DNA from: a virus
IMG/VR virus record: IMGVR_UViG_3300017565_000003
Length of the DNA stretch: 64,000 nucleotides
Reading direction: 5' to 3' (one strand)
Shown here: piece after piece, positions 52,005-62,900 of the stretch
How the letters are laid out: each line of letters opens with the position of its first letter
Position numbering within the stretch: position 1 is the first letter of the stretch
The notes under the pieces: generated by a model
Database searches by the model: none
Seen by the model: only the letters and a program-made list of their open reading frames with translations
What the model was told of the DNA's origin: nothing
Position numbers and translations under genes: made by a program

Positions 52005-54854
52005 CTATGCATTCAGCTCAGGTAAATTGTTACCGAAACTATCTCCACCTAATGAGATATACCCACTTAATCTTCCAGATTCTAAAGGTGCATCTTTTTT
52101 AATGATATTAGTCTTTCCTAACGTTTTTGACCAAACGACGTTATTGTAAAAGCTAAACACTGTATCTCTTGCATCATCTGCATTACCGCCTGGTCTGTGG
52201 TTCGCATCTTGAAGAGACAATGCTTCACCATCATCCGTAACAATATGACAATTTTTCACGATTAATTGTTGGTTAGTTGCTCCACTTAACTGATAATTGT
52301 GTGCATACAGAGAACCGTTCATGTGTTTAGTAAATCCATCATCAAATACCCTCTTAATCAACTCACAGTCTTCTAAAATAACCTTTTGTTGATCTCTTAA
52401 TCCAATCCCAATCGCAGCGTGTTGGTGGGATTCCAACAAACAATTTTTAATTAACAGATCCCCAGCAGGAGAATTGTTGTCCATGTGGATTGCATAAGAT
52501 GGAATAGTGTATGAATCTATTGTTGCTTTTTCGTGAGTTGATTTTATTGTCATATTCATAATGTGATTATTCATTCCGATGTTTAATGGAGGAGTATAAT
52601 AGTCACCACTATGATTAACTAATACACATGTTTTCTTATTTACACCTACTATTGAAATGTATCGACCAAGTAAATCGATGCTTTCTTCGTAAGTTCCTGG
52701 CATAACTAAGACTGTCACAGGGTTATCAACATTGTCATTCGCATTGTTCACAGCTTCTAAAATTGTAGGATAATCACCGTTTTCTTTTGCCACTACAATA
52801 ATGTTTTTGTAGCTGCTTCCGGTAGCTAAACCTAAAACCTGTTCTTTATAGATTTGTGGCAGTCCACTTTGAAACTCTGTTTCAGTACTTCCTTTTTCTA
52901 ATTGAAATTTATCCACTTTTGCAGAGGTTATTGTAAACCTTGCGTAACGACAGTTTGAAGGTGTAGTGAAGGTTTTAGTCCCATCTGGCACACCACTAAT
53001 ATACATTTTATTGACATCGTAATAAGCGAATTGCTTATCTTCGTTTTTGGTATATGCTGTACTTGGTTCAAGCTCTATAAAATCTGAAGCATAAAAACCC
53101 TCGATATTACCAGAAAGATTTCCATGTGTATAAGGAATATATCTATTCTTAATAGCTTTTAATTTGTTGAATAGATTTTTTGTTTTAATGTCAGATTGGA
53201 CTGGAGTAAATTCAAGACCAATAATTCTAGAAGATTCTAGTTTAGGTGTGCCACTTTCATAAGAAGTAGCAGAAGACCCTAGTTCTAATTGTAATGTCTC
53301 TAAACCACTTAATAAAAAACTTACTCTTACAAACGCGGCATTTGCAGGTGTAGTAAAAGCATTCGTAGCATCCACTCCACTGATAAATACTTTATTACTA
53401 TCATAAAATGCTTTTTGTGAATTAACAGTGAAATAGTACTTTGTATTAGGAGCAACGGGTATATACTCACTAACTCCATAAGTGGCAAGTGCCTTTAATT
53501 GACCATCGGTATAACTAACATAATAACCTCTAGTTATATTTAGTTTATTAAATAAATTTTTATTTTTTGAAGTTGTCCCTTCTGGTACTTTAAATGCTAA
53601 CTTTTTAGCAGTAACAGCACCGTCAACAAATTTCACAGTTGTCAAACTATCGTCAGGAGGAACCGAATTAACCGGAGTATTGCCAGTCCATTGCTGCTTC
53701 ACTTCATCAGAGAAATATGTTTCATCAAGTAATCCATAATTTTTATTAATTTGCAACACGGAAATATCAGTAGTTGCTTTGTCCATTTTCTCTGTTTGTA
53801 TGGTAGTAATCTCATTCGATTTTTCTGCCAATTGCGAAGTAACTTTTGTTAATTCACTCTCAGTATTATTCAATTTTGTTGCATGATTACTCAATACTCC
53901 ACTGTGGTTTGATACAGTTGTTTGGATATCCGATTGAAGGGGAATTGACTCTGAAAAGTAGTCTACGATAACTTCTGTGCCAGCAGGAAGTCCTTCAGTA
54001 AAAGTTATACTTTGATTAGTGGTTTCTTCATAATTGTCAGGCCACTTTTGTGGAACTCCACCAATTGTAACTTTTGTTCTATATTGAAATTGATCGTACG
54101 TATATTGTAAATTAAATACTTTCTGACCTTCAGTTGCTTCAAAAACATCTCGATGTGTCGTAACTGTTCCCGTTCCGTCATTTCCTTTTCTAGCGACTAA
54201 AGACCAGTTAGGATCAGAAGGGGAGTCTGTCGGAGTGTTTCCTTTGGTTTGTCTCTTAGCCATATAAGAATTTCCATTTAGACTGACAATGTTGTTTTTC
54301 TTATAAGTCGTAGTGGTATTATAAGGTTCAACAAACTTAGTTTCATCTACAATAGCTTGAGTATTAGTAGCAGCAGTTTGAGCTGCATTTGCTTTTTCTT
54401 GTGCTAAATTTGCCTTCTCGTTAGCTAAAGTAGCTGCTGTGTTTGCTTCGTTTTTAGCGATTGAAGTAGAATCAGTTAATTGTTGTAAAACTTCTGTCAC
54501 TTCACCATTCTCATCTGTTTGTGTATATACTCGACTAGAAGGCATGAAAACAATTCCACGACCATAGAATTCGATTGTATAAGTTTTACCTTCATTTAAA
54601 TCATCAAATAGTAAAATCCCATTAGTCCAATCTACTAAAACGTCATCTTGAGAGGGAATTCCTTCACTTATAATATTTAAAGTGTCTGTCTCATTTTTAA
54701 TTGTTAGAGATTGAAATTTGTCTGGGATTTCTTTAAGTTGTATCTTATTGTTTCTTACTTTATCTACTTGATTTATCGGAAAATAAGGATCGTCTGAATT
54801 TCCCTTACGCATCCTATAAATTACTGGGTCTTGATAATTGTCAAGTATCGACAT
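52005..54854 (-). CDS. tail spike/receptor-binding protein with C-terminal pectin-lyase-like beta-helix
   Basis: NLFNK..QLE.G..T.YE repeats; VAK..GDY.TI..A..V.PG.Y.E; internal SQLAE. Confidence 0.75.
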   Translation of the reverse strand: MSILDNYQDPVIYRMRKGNSDDPYFPINQVDKVRNNKIQLKEIPDKFQSLTIKNETDTLNIISEGIPSQDDVLVDWTNGILLFDDLNEGKTYTIEFYGRGIVFMPSSRVYTQTDENGEVTEVLQQLTDSTSIAKNEANTAATLANEKANLAQEKANAAQTAATNTQAIVDETKFVEPYNTTTTYKKNNIVSLNGNSYMAKRQTKGNTPTDSPSDPNWSLVARKGNDGTGTVTTHRDVFEATEGQKVFNLQYTYDQFQYRTKVTIGGVPQKWPDNYEETTNQSITFTEGLPAGTEVIVDYFSESIPLQSDIQTTVSNHSGVLSNHATKLNNTESELTKVTSQLAEKSNEITTIQTEKMDKATTDISVLQINKNYGLLDETYFSDEVKQQWTGNTPVNSVPPDDSLTTVKFVDGAVTAKKLAFKVPEGTTSKNKNLFNKLNITRGYYVSYTDGQLKALATYGVSEYIPVAPNTKYYFTVNSQKAFYDSNKVFISGVDATNAFTTPANAAFVRVSFLLSGLETLQLELGSSATSYESGTPKLESSRIIGLEFTPVQSDIKTKNLFNKLKAIKNRYIPYTHGNLSGNIEGFYASDFIELEPSTAYTKNEDKQFAYYDVNKMYISGVPDGTKTFTTPSNCRYARFTITSAKVDKFQLEKGSTETEFQSGLPQIYKEQVLGLATGSSYKNIIVVAKENGDYPTILEAVNNANDNVDNPVTVLVMPGTYEESIDLLGRYISIVGVNKKTCVLVNHSGDYYTPPLNIGMNNHIMNMTIKSTHEKATIDSYTIPSYAIHMDNNSPAGDLLIKNCLLESHQHAAIGIGLRDQQKVILEDCELIKRVFDDGFTKHMNGSLYAHNYQLSGATNQQLIVKNCHIVTDDGEALSLQDANHRPGGNADDARDTVFSFYNNVVWSKTLGKTNIIKKDAPLESGRLSGYISLGGDSFGNNLPELNA

Positions 54855-54855
54855 A

Positions 54856-56064
54856 TTAATTGACCTCCTTTGAACTGCTTTTTCTTTTTACTAACCATTG
54901 TTCAAACTGAAACAAGGTGTTGTCTCCATAGCCATATATATATTGTGGAAAGAATCTTTATCTTTTGTGTGGCATTTATCACAAAGAGTTATACCATTGT
55001 TCACATTAATTCTTTTTTCTTTACACCAGTTGTACCCGTCTAAATGATGGGCGTTTAAATTTCCTCCTGAATCATCTCCACAACACTGACAAGTATAATT
55101 GTCACGTTGGTAAACTTTTAAACGCCATTCAGAGTATCCTGTCACATTTCTACCAATCTCTCTCTTCTTTTGTGAGAGTATGATTCCACCTAGAATGATT
55201 TTTTCCTCTATTTCTATCAATAAAACAATTTCTACATCTTCTTCCATTTATAAACGCATGTAGTTTTATTTTACTTTCATTACCACAGGCACAAATATAT
55301 CTAAGATTATCATTACTGGAAACATAAGTATCATTTAATAGAACACAGTTGTTTTCTTTAAATACTCTTTTTACAAATTCGATATCATATTTAAGGTTTG
55401 CATTTCTTAATTTTTCAGATCTACAATAACTACATCTATGTCCTCTCATAAAGTTTTCTAAATTTATTGTATCTTGGTTTCCACATTCACATAAGTAATC
55501 TAAGTTCTGACGTATATTTTTGTAATCATTGGATAGTAAAATGCAATCATTTTCCTTGAAAATTTTTCTGACTTCTTCAATTGACTTTCTTAAACGTTCA
55601 GCATTTTTTTGAATGGAGCACATTTTACATCCGTACCCTTTTAAAAGACTTTTAATGGTTAGTTTATCTTCATGTCCTTTGTTGCAAATATATCTATGAG
55701 GTATTTTGTACCCTAAATATTCCTCTTCTAATAGAATGTAATCTTTCTTTTCAAATTCCGTTTTTACTTCTTCGAAAGAATATTTGGTTCTCTTTTTAGC
55801 CCCTTTAATACTTTTACATTCCATGCAAGCATCGCTAGTTGAACCGTCTTTTTTTGATTTATTATATTCACGAAAAGCCTTAAGAATTTTGTTACCACAA
55901 AAATCACATATAACTTGTATTGAAATTGTAGAATTTGGTGAAAGATCGAAAATGTCTATTTCTAATTCACTGTGAATTTTAGTAAACTCATAACCTTTAT
56001 CGATTAATCGTTTTTTATTATTGTTATTCCATTTAATATTTACTTTTTGAGGTAATATTAACAT
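54856..56064 (-). pseudogene. Zn-repeat + HNH endonuclease with two frameshifts
   Basis: Frame breaks in (GA)n near 55160 and (AT)n near 54938; corrected frame gives RDNYTCQCC..AHH..NGITLC..CH..FHNIYGYG. Confidence 0.75.
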
Positions 56065-56113
56065 TTGAAAAACACTCCGTTTTTGAATAATTTATATATG
56101 AATGATAAAATTG

Positions 56114-56305
56114 TTAAAGATGGTCTTTGTGGTATTCCATAAAACTGTCGTAATTGCTAATTGCTTTTCTCAATTCGTCTGAATCATTAAATATAAAGAC
56201 ATTCATTTTGTGATTATGCTTGGATTTTTCCATTTTCTTTAAGGTAAAGCCCGATAAGGCTAGATAGCCTGCCACTTTCTGATTGAAAACAACTATTTTT
56301 TTCAA
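56114..56305 (-). CDS. small DUF5659-like protein
   Basis: VFNQKVAGYL..GF.LK.MEKS..NVFIFN. Confidence 0.65.
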   Translation of the reverse strand: MKKIVVFNQKVAGYLALSGFTLKKMEKSKHNHKMNVFIFNDSDELRKAISNYDSFMEYHKDHL

Positions 56306-56331
56306 TAAAGCAACCTCCTTACAAAAAATAA

Positions 56332-56427
56332 AAAAGTTTGTGAAATTTTAGTGTGTTAAAACCCTTATAAATAGTGAGTTTCACAAACTAATTCACAAAC
56401 TTTTTCTTAATAAAAGTCGTATTTTAT
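56332..56427. repeat. accessory IR element (type A) ending in palindromic junction site
   Basis: AAAAGTTTGTGAAATTT identical to 2165-2181; TTCACAAACT at 56392; ATAAAA-GTCGTA-TTTTAT at 56410. Confidence 0.75.
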
Positions 56428-56633
56428 ATTAAATTTATTTTTAATAATTTTCCATCTTCAACCTTGAATAGTTCGGGTGTCATGGTTATATCTATATCAT
56501 CTGTTACAAAGAAATATTGATACTGTTTTTCAGGAATTATTCTTCTTCCAATCTCAGCTTCTAAGAATTGACCTGTTTCACTTACGTTACAAAACACTAA
56601 TATAGGGGAAGGGGAGTAGATGACATCAGACAT
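56424..56633 (-). CDS. small tail-associated protein
   Basis: RBS AGGAGG; follows the Tal-like gene. Confidence 0.55.
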   Translation of the reverse strand: MSDVIYSPSPILVFCNVSETGQFLEAEIGRRIIPEKQYQYFFVTDDIDITMTPELFKVEDGKLLKINLI

Positions 56634-56635
56634 AA

Positions 56636-59206
56636 TTATCCCTCCTGCCAAATTCTAATTATACGAGCATAAGCATTTATTTCACTTGTAGCTGCCCTCA
56701 ATCGAACATAAAATGCTTTTTGTGTTCCAGTGGGTGTTCCTAAATCAATTGTAAGTATTTCACCATGAGTTGCACTTGAGCTACCTTGATTGGTAAATGT
56801 TTTAGTCATCAGGTAAGTTTCAAATTCTGACTCCATAACATAGAAATTACCAGCGTAATTATAAGAATTAGAAGATACATAGTATGCAACTTGCATTTTT
56901 AAATATCTGCCCTCATGTCTGTAGGTATAGAAATTCATATTCTTTGGCGATGTGGCGTTTGTTCTATAGTAAACACCGTCAATAGCTACCGATCCGTCTG
57001 TAGCTATAAAAGGAGGGTCATGAGGGAATACGCTAAAGTTTAAATTGGCATATCCATCATTAATTACATCAAACCCATCAGGTCTTTTAATAGTTATTTT
57101 CTTGGTGACAATCTGACCATTAGAATTAATTGAAAGATTATCTTCCCAAGTTACACCATTATCTGAACTTGTTGAAATTTTGATTCCCTCAGTGGCATTC
57201 ATTGATACTTTTACGGTATTATCTGATTTTTTAACAGTCATTCCAGTTTCAGAATCAATAGATACTCCATTTTGCCCGCCTATAAGGTTAAAGGAAGATC
57301 CCTGGATAGTTGCTCCCTCTGAATCAAATGTAAACTTGCCTGATTCATTCTCAATAATTAAATTTACACCTGCTATAATTTTACCCATTAGACGTTCTGC
57401 AACAATTCCATCAGGTAGAATGGCAGTTTGCCAATCTTGCCCTCCATTTTTACTTAGGGCTAGACAACCAGCTTGGATTATAAGTATATCGTTTGGATAC
57501 TTAGGATTTGTAATCAGAATCCCTCTTTCATTTATCTGAACAGACTCATCTGCACCTGCAATAATCCTTCTTTTTGTCGCATCCCACGTATTATTGATAA
57601 TATCATTAACTTCACCTAAATCGGTGACAGTTTTATTCCACTTATACTTATTCATTTCAACAGATGTAGAAGTGGAGTATGTCTTTTTGAACATTTCCAA
57701 CTCAGGATCTTTTTTCTTAATTTCTCGGATGTCTTTAATCGTTAAACTGATTTCACCATTACTGTAAGATATATCCGAAATTAAAGCTCTAATATTGATA
57801 CCTAAAATTTCATGATAGATGATTACAGAGTCAGACAAGTACAGTTTATCCCAATTCCTCTGTTCTTCAAGCAACTCTAAGAAATTAACAATATCAATAT
57901 CTATTGTAACTTTAGGTTTACGTATCTCTTCAAATTTAAGTTTAGCGTCATCGTATAATTCTTGAATAACTTCATATGAACTATCAGTCCAATTACGCTC
58001 AATAATATATTGGTTACGTTCTTGAATGAGAGTAGGGGAGAAGTTGTTTTCAATAGATAAAGTTGATTTTAATGCAGCAATGTTAGTAGCAACTGTAGAA
58101 ATATTACTTTCAACAGTATCAATTTCACTTTGCTTTGTATTAACTTCAACTTGTTTAGCGCTTAATCTAGTATTTATCTCAGCAGTAGGATCATCATTGG
58201 CCTTAGCAATATCCAACTCATCTTGAATAACTTTCAATTCAGTATTAAGAGTAGCAAGTTCAGCTTCTTTAGTTGCCAATTGTTCATTATAAGTTTTCAA
58301 GTTTGTAAGATAAGTTTGAAATTCACCACTTTTAGATTCTACTAATTCTTCATAGTCTAGGATTGCATGACACAAATCCTCAGACATATAATCACTTTTC
58401 TTAATAGTATTCTTATTCTCATCACGTTCAAAAGGGAAGAGGAAGTAGTTAAAAGATTCAATGTAGTTAGAACCAGTTGGATTAACTGTTTGAATGGATA
58501 CTCCATCTTTGCCAAATACTTTTAATCTAGTAACCATTTCCTCAGCCGAACTCGTTTTATTAACTGATTTAAGATACTTACCGTAAGAGAAACGTAGACC
58601 TCTGTTTATTCCCAGTTGGTCAGGATGTCCTAAGTTGACTCGTCTATTTTCAGTATCAAAAGTAACCATGACACCGAACGTATCAGCAATTTGACTAACA
58701 AAGTCTAAAACAGAAATGTCAGATACATCAAATGATCTATATTTACTTGTTATCTCATTATAGATTGTTCCAACACTCCAAATTGTATCAGAAAGAGCAT
58801 CTTCTAATATTTGAGAAGGGGAGTATGAGGTTACACTTAATGAACCAATTAATTTATCACTTAATTCATACTCTAGTGATTTAGCAGATACTTGCTTAGA
58901 ATCTCCTTCACTTCCTGAAGAGTCGCTTAATTCTGTTATCATGTACCATTGGGAAACATTATTCCATTGAAGTTTAATTAGAAATCTTTCTCTTAATTCT
59001 TCAACTACTTTACTTTTAACTAATTCATGTTCACGTTCGACAAAGTAGGGGACTTGAAAAGATAAAGTTGATAAGTCACTTAGTGAGAAATTAAATGATT
59101 CATCTGAGAAGTCTACAATATTACGTATCTTTTCACGGTTAGGTTTATGTAGAGATAGTTTTAATTTCTTAGGCTTCTTTGATAGTGAAATAGAATGAAG
59201 CAACAA
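56636..59206 (-). CDS. tail-associated hub/endopeptidase protein (YomG/Tal-like)
   Basis: Follows Dit; YGKYLK..TRL..FG; coiled coil; GIVAERL.G. Confidence 0.75.
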   Translation of the reverse strand: MLLHSISLSKKPKKLKLSLHKPNREKIRNIVDFSDESFNFSLSDLSTLSFQVPYFVEREHELVKSKVVEELRERFLIKLQWNNVSQWYMITELSDSSGSEGDSKQVSAKSLEYELSDKLIGSLSVTSYSPSQILEDALSDTIWSVGTIYNEITSKYRSFDVSDISVLDFVSQIADTFGVMVTFDTENRRVNLGHPDQLGINRGLRFSYGKYLKSVNKTSSAEEMVTRLKVFGKDGVSIQTVNPTGSNYIESFNYFLFPFERDENKNTIKKSDYMSEDLCHAILDYEELVESKSGEFQTYLTNLKTYNEQLATKEAELATLNTELKVIQDELDIAKANDDPTAEINTRLSAKQVEVNTKQSEIDTVESNISTVATNIAALKSTLSIENNFSPTLIQERNQYIIERNWTDSSYEVIQELYDDAKLKFEEIRKPKVTIDIDIVNFLELLEEQRNWDKLYLSDSVIIYHEILGINIRALISDISYSNGEISLTIKDIREIKKKDPELEMFKKTYSTSTSVEMNKYKWNKTVTDLGEVNDIINNTWDATKRRIIAGADESVQINERGILITNPKYPNDILIIQAGCLALSKNGGQDWQTAILPDGIVAERLMGKIIAGVNLIIENESGKFTFDSEGATIQGSSFNLIGGQNGVSIDSETGMTVKKSDNTVKVSMNATEGIKISTSSDNGVTWEDNLSINSNGQIVTKKITIKRPDGFDVINDGYANLNFSVFPHDPPFIATDGSVAIDGVYYRTNATSPKNMNFYTYRHEGRYLKMQVAYYVSSNSYNYAGNFYVMESEFETYLMTKTFTNQGSSSATHGEILTIDLGTPTGTQKAFYVRLRAATSEINAYARIIRIWQEG

Positions 59207-59218
59207 AAAACCTCCTTT

Positions 59219-59986
59219 CTAAATGATAAACTCATATTTGAATTGAATCTTACATTTACCTTTTAGATTAATTTTATTTACACCTCTTGGAATGGAAAGG
59301 AAGACATCGTTCGAATTGTCATACAAATAGCGACCAACTATGTCAGTTTCAATTTCTTGGTTTTCACAATCAATTTTAATTTTCTCATCAGCATATAGTC
59401 CTGATATTTCTAACATTTCTCCACCATTAGATAAATTTGTGATTGATATATCTGTATCAGATGTACATTCTATAAAGATAAGGGGAGAGCATTCTTCGTC
59501 TCCATTATTAGTGAAATCAATAATTGTACCTTGAATTGGATTGTTAGATAAATCATAGATTTCACTTGTGTAAACAGGGGAGAAGGCATAAGGGGCATTA
59601 CACTTCATTTCAATTTGAACATATCCCTCTTCAATTCCATTATGTAAAGATCGTGCAGAACCTTGATACATTGCGTAATAAATACGTCCACCGTTATTTT
59701 CAAACCAAAGAGGTTTATAATACTTCTGGTTAATCCATCTTGCAACTTGTCGAACCTTTTCATCAGACATACCTTTTTCAAACCATAGAGAAAGAGGGAT
59801 CACTAATGTGTCCCTCTCAATGTCTTTAAAATATGGTTTATCTCGACCTCTTATTTTCTCTTCATTGATTGTCCGGTCAGCCAGGAAGTGTTCTTCAAAT
59901 AATCCTGAGTCCGTTGAAACTTGAAGTACACCCATGTCTCTACTTTTAATATTGTCGTACATAAAATGCAAGGAGTCTCTTATCAT
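59219..59986 (-). CDS. distal tail protein (Dit, YomH-like)
   Basis: F.YD..S.DMG; Y..L.F...R.YYA; C..PYA; L..G.N. Confidence 0.78.
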   Translation of the reverse strand: MIRDSLHFMYDNIKSRDMGVLQVSTDSGLFEEHFLADRTINEEKIRGRDKPYFKDIERDTLVIPLSLWFEKGMSDEKVRQVARWINQKYYKPLWFENNGGRIYYAMYQGSARSLHNGIEEGYVQIEMKCNAPYAFSPVYTSEIYDLSNNPIQGTIIDFTNNGDEECSPLIFIECTSDTDISITNLSNGGEMLEISGLYADEKIKIDCENQEIETDIVGRYLYDNSNDVFLSIPRGVNKINLKGKCKIQFKYEFII

Positions 59987-62900
59987 ACGTTAAATACCAC
60001 CCCTTTGTTTCTAAGTTTATCTCCTAAGCCTTTCAAGAACTCATCTGCACCTTTTTGACCACCGGTTACTTTATCGATGGATACATTTAAAGTGACATTA
60101 TTTGTTGGTTGCTGAGTTGAAGAGGAATTGTTAAGTTTAGGTATTTGGAATTTAGGAATCATATTGGCGAAAGAGCGAGTAATCTCAATAGCTTTAAGGA
60201 AGTTACTAGTATCAGACTTATTTAAAACAAGCTCCTTTTCGTGAAGCATGGCTAATTTACCTTGACTACTACTGCCGAAAGCACCAGTATAACCTCCAGT
60301 ATCAAATGAAGACATTTTCAAGTCAATATCTTCAGCTTTAACCCATAAATCACCACTACCTAGCTTATACATCCCACCATTTGCACTAGAGTAACCTGTG
60401 ATTCCATAGGATTCTCCAGTTGACAACCTTCTTTTATATACCCAATTCCCTTTATTGTCACGAGTTAAAAGATTGGTATCATTTTTAATAACTGCTCTTT
60501 GTTGGAATTGATCGTTAGCCTCAGCTAGTGCAGAACGTGCTTTACCAATGCTGTCTATGAATGTTGTAGCAATTGTTTCACCTAGATATTTCATGTTGTT
60601 TGCTGCATTCTGAGCAAAGTATTTCAGATCCTTGGATATAGCATCAAAGTTACCTACTAGTATGTCTTTCCTAATTTGAGCAAATTTACGTTCATCATTA
60701 AGAAATTTTTCATAGTAGTCGTTAACTTCTTCACGTTCTTTCTCTAATCGATCACGTTCGGACTCCAAGCTATTATCCAGTTCTTCTCTTCTAATGTCAT
60801 ACTCTCTATCATCAAAGAAGTCTTGTAAGTCTTTTTCTCGATCAGTTAATTCTTTTTGTATTTCAGCAAGACGAGCACGAGCCTCTCTAGAATCATCCAT
60901 ACTTAACAAATCACGCTCTTCTTTTAGCATGGCAATTTCTTCTTGGCGATCATCTAAGTCATTTTGATAAGCTTTTTCTTCACGCTCTTTTTCCATCATT
61001 TTGAGTTTTTCATCATGAGCTTTTTCATACGCTTTTAACTCATCATCAATTGCCTGTAGAGCTGCGTCACGCTGTTTCTCATAGGCTTCTTTATACAGTT
61101 CAACAATTTCATCACCAAGAGTTTCATAGGCTGTACGGAAGTCGTTATTTAAACTTGCTATATTTTGCTTAATAGAATAATACTGAGAATTAGCTTCAGT
61201 TAACATATCTTCCAATTGGTCTTTTTGAGAAGCAGAGAGGTCTTTGTTGTATTTAATCTGATCTCTTAAATATTTAATTTGCTTATATTGCAATACCAAT
61301 TGTTGCTGAAGAATGTCCTGCTTTTTCATCATTTCATTATTCCATTCCTTAGATAATTCCTTTTGTCTAGAAATAGAATACTCTGCTAAATCAATACTAT
61401 CCTGTAATAAACTTTGTTCACGCTGGTAATTCTCAACACGAGAGTTGATCATGTCCATTTGTAGTTCCAAGAATGCTTGACGCATTTGCTGATACTGAGT
61501 ATTGGCCTCAGTCAGCATATCATTGAGTTGAAGCTTTTGTTCAGAAGTTAACGCCTTATTATATTTAATTTGTTGCATTAAGTAGTTAACTTGTTCTTTC
61601 TGAAGGTAAACTTGACGACTGGTAATTTTACGTCTGTCTTCCATTGCCTTAGCCCACTGTTTAGAACCTACAGATTCTTTTGTAATTTGCGCTTCAGCAG
61701 CAGCTAAGTTATCCTCTGTCAAAGATTGTTCACGTTGATAATAAGCGATGCGAGACTCAACTAAAGCCATTTGCAATTGTTGAATTTCAGCCTGAGCAGA
61801 CATAATGTCGTTGTATAGACCTTGTGAAGTTCCTCTAGCGTTATCTAACGCTTGTTGAGCATCAGCAGCAGAACTGCTTACACTTCCTCCGACAGATGAG
61901 AGTTGGTTCATATAAGCTTGAGGATCAATTGCTTTACCATTCTGTTCAATTTGAAGATGTAGGTGAGCACCAGTTGAACGCCCAGTGTTTCCGACCTTAC
62001 CTAAAGTTTGACCGGATGAAACAGTTTGACCTGCTTTGACGTTTAAACCTTTTTGTAAATGCATGTATTTTGCAACTGTACCATCATCTTGTTGGACAAC
62101 TACCCAATAACCAGCCGTTTTACTGTAAGCAGCAGTGATAACTTTCCCTGCACGTAATGACTTAACTGGATCGCCTTGCTTCCCATTTGCTAAGTCTAAA
62201 CCTTTGTGAGCAGATGAACGGAATGATTCTTGTTGTCCAAACTTAGATGTTGTTCGGAAATTGCTGTTGTAATAATCAACAACTGACTGAGATGCAGAAG
62301 AGAAAGTTGTAGCAATATTGGAAGCAGAGCCAGCCAATTTATTAAAATTACCCAAAACTTTATTTACGTAATTTTGTGTTTCTTTAAATGGGGGAATACC
62401 ACCGTATTTTCTAACATTTCCAGGGCCTGCATTATACGCTGCTAAAGCTTTGGACAAATCGTTACCAAAAGCTTTTAACTGTTGAGAGATATACTTTGTT
62501 CCACCCATGATATTTTGATAAGGGTCGAATGAGTTAGTGACACCTAATCCACTAGCAGTTCCTGGCATCAGTTGCATTAATCCTCTTGCCCCAGCAGATG
62601 AGACAGCTTTAGGATTGAATCCTGATTCTTGTTGAATAATAGCTGCAATTAAGAAAGGATTGACTCCGTATTTTTGAGCTGCTTGGTTGATATAAGATGC
62701 ATATTTACCGCCATAAGTGCCTGAAGTGGAAGATGATGAATAGTTACTGCCACTTGATGACGGTGAAACTGTTTGGACACCATATTGTGTAACATTGCCA
62801 GATTTAATTTGTTGATTAATCTCGTTACGTTGATCCTTGAGGACTTTAACCTTAGATTCTAGAAGTTTGATTTCGTCTTTAATTGATTGACGATACTTAC

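Noticed and set aside
258-59534. Short antisense/overlapping ORFs in the track (e.g. 258-485, 9416-9679, 33963-34292, 57180-57539)
   Set aside because: Shadows of real genes; no RBS or motifs
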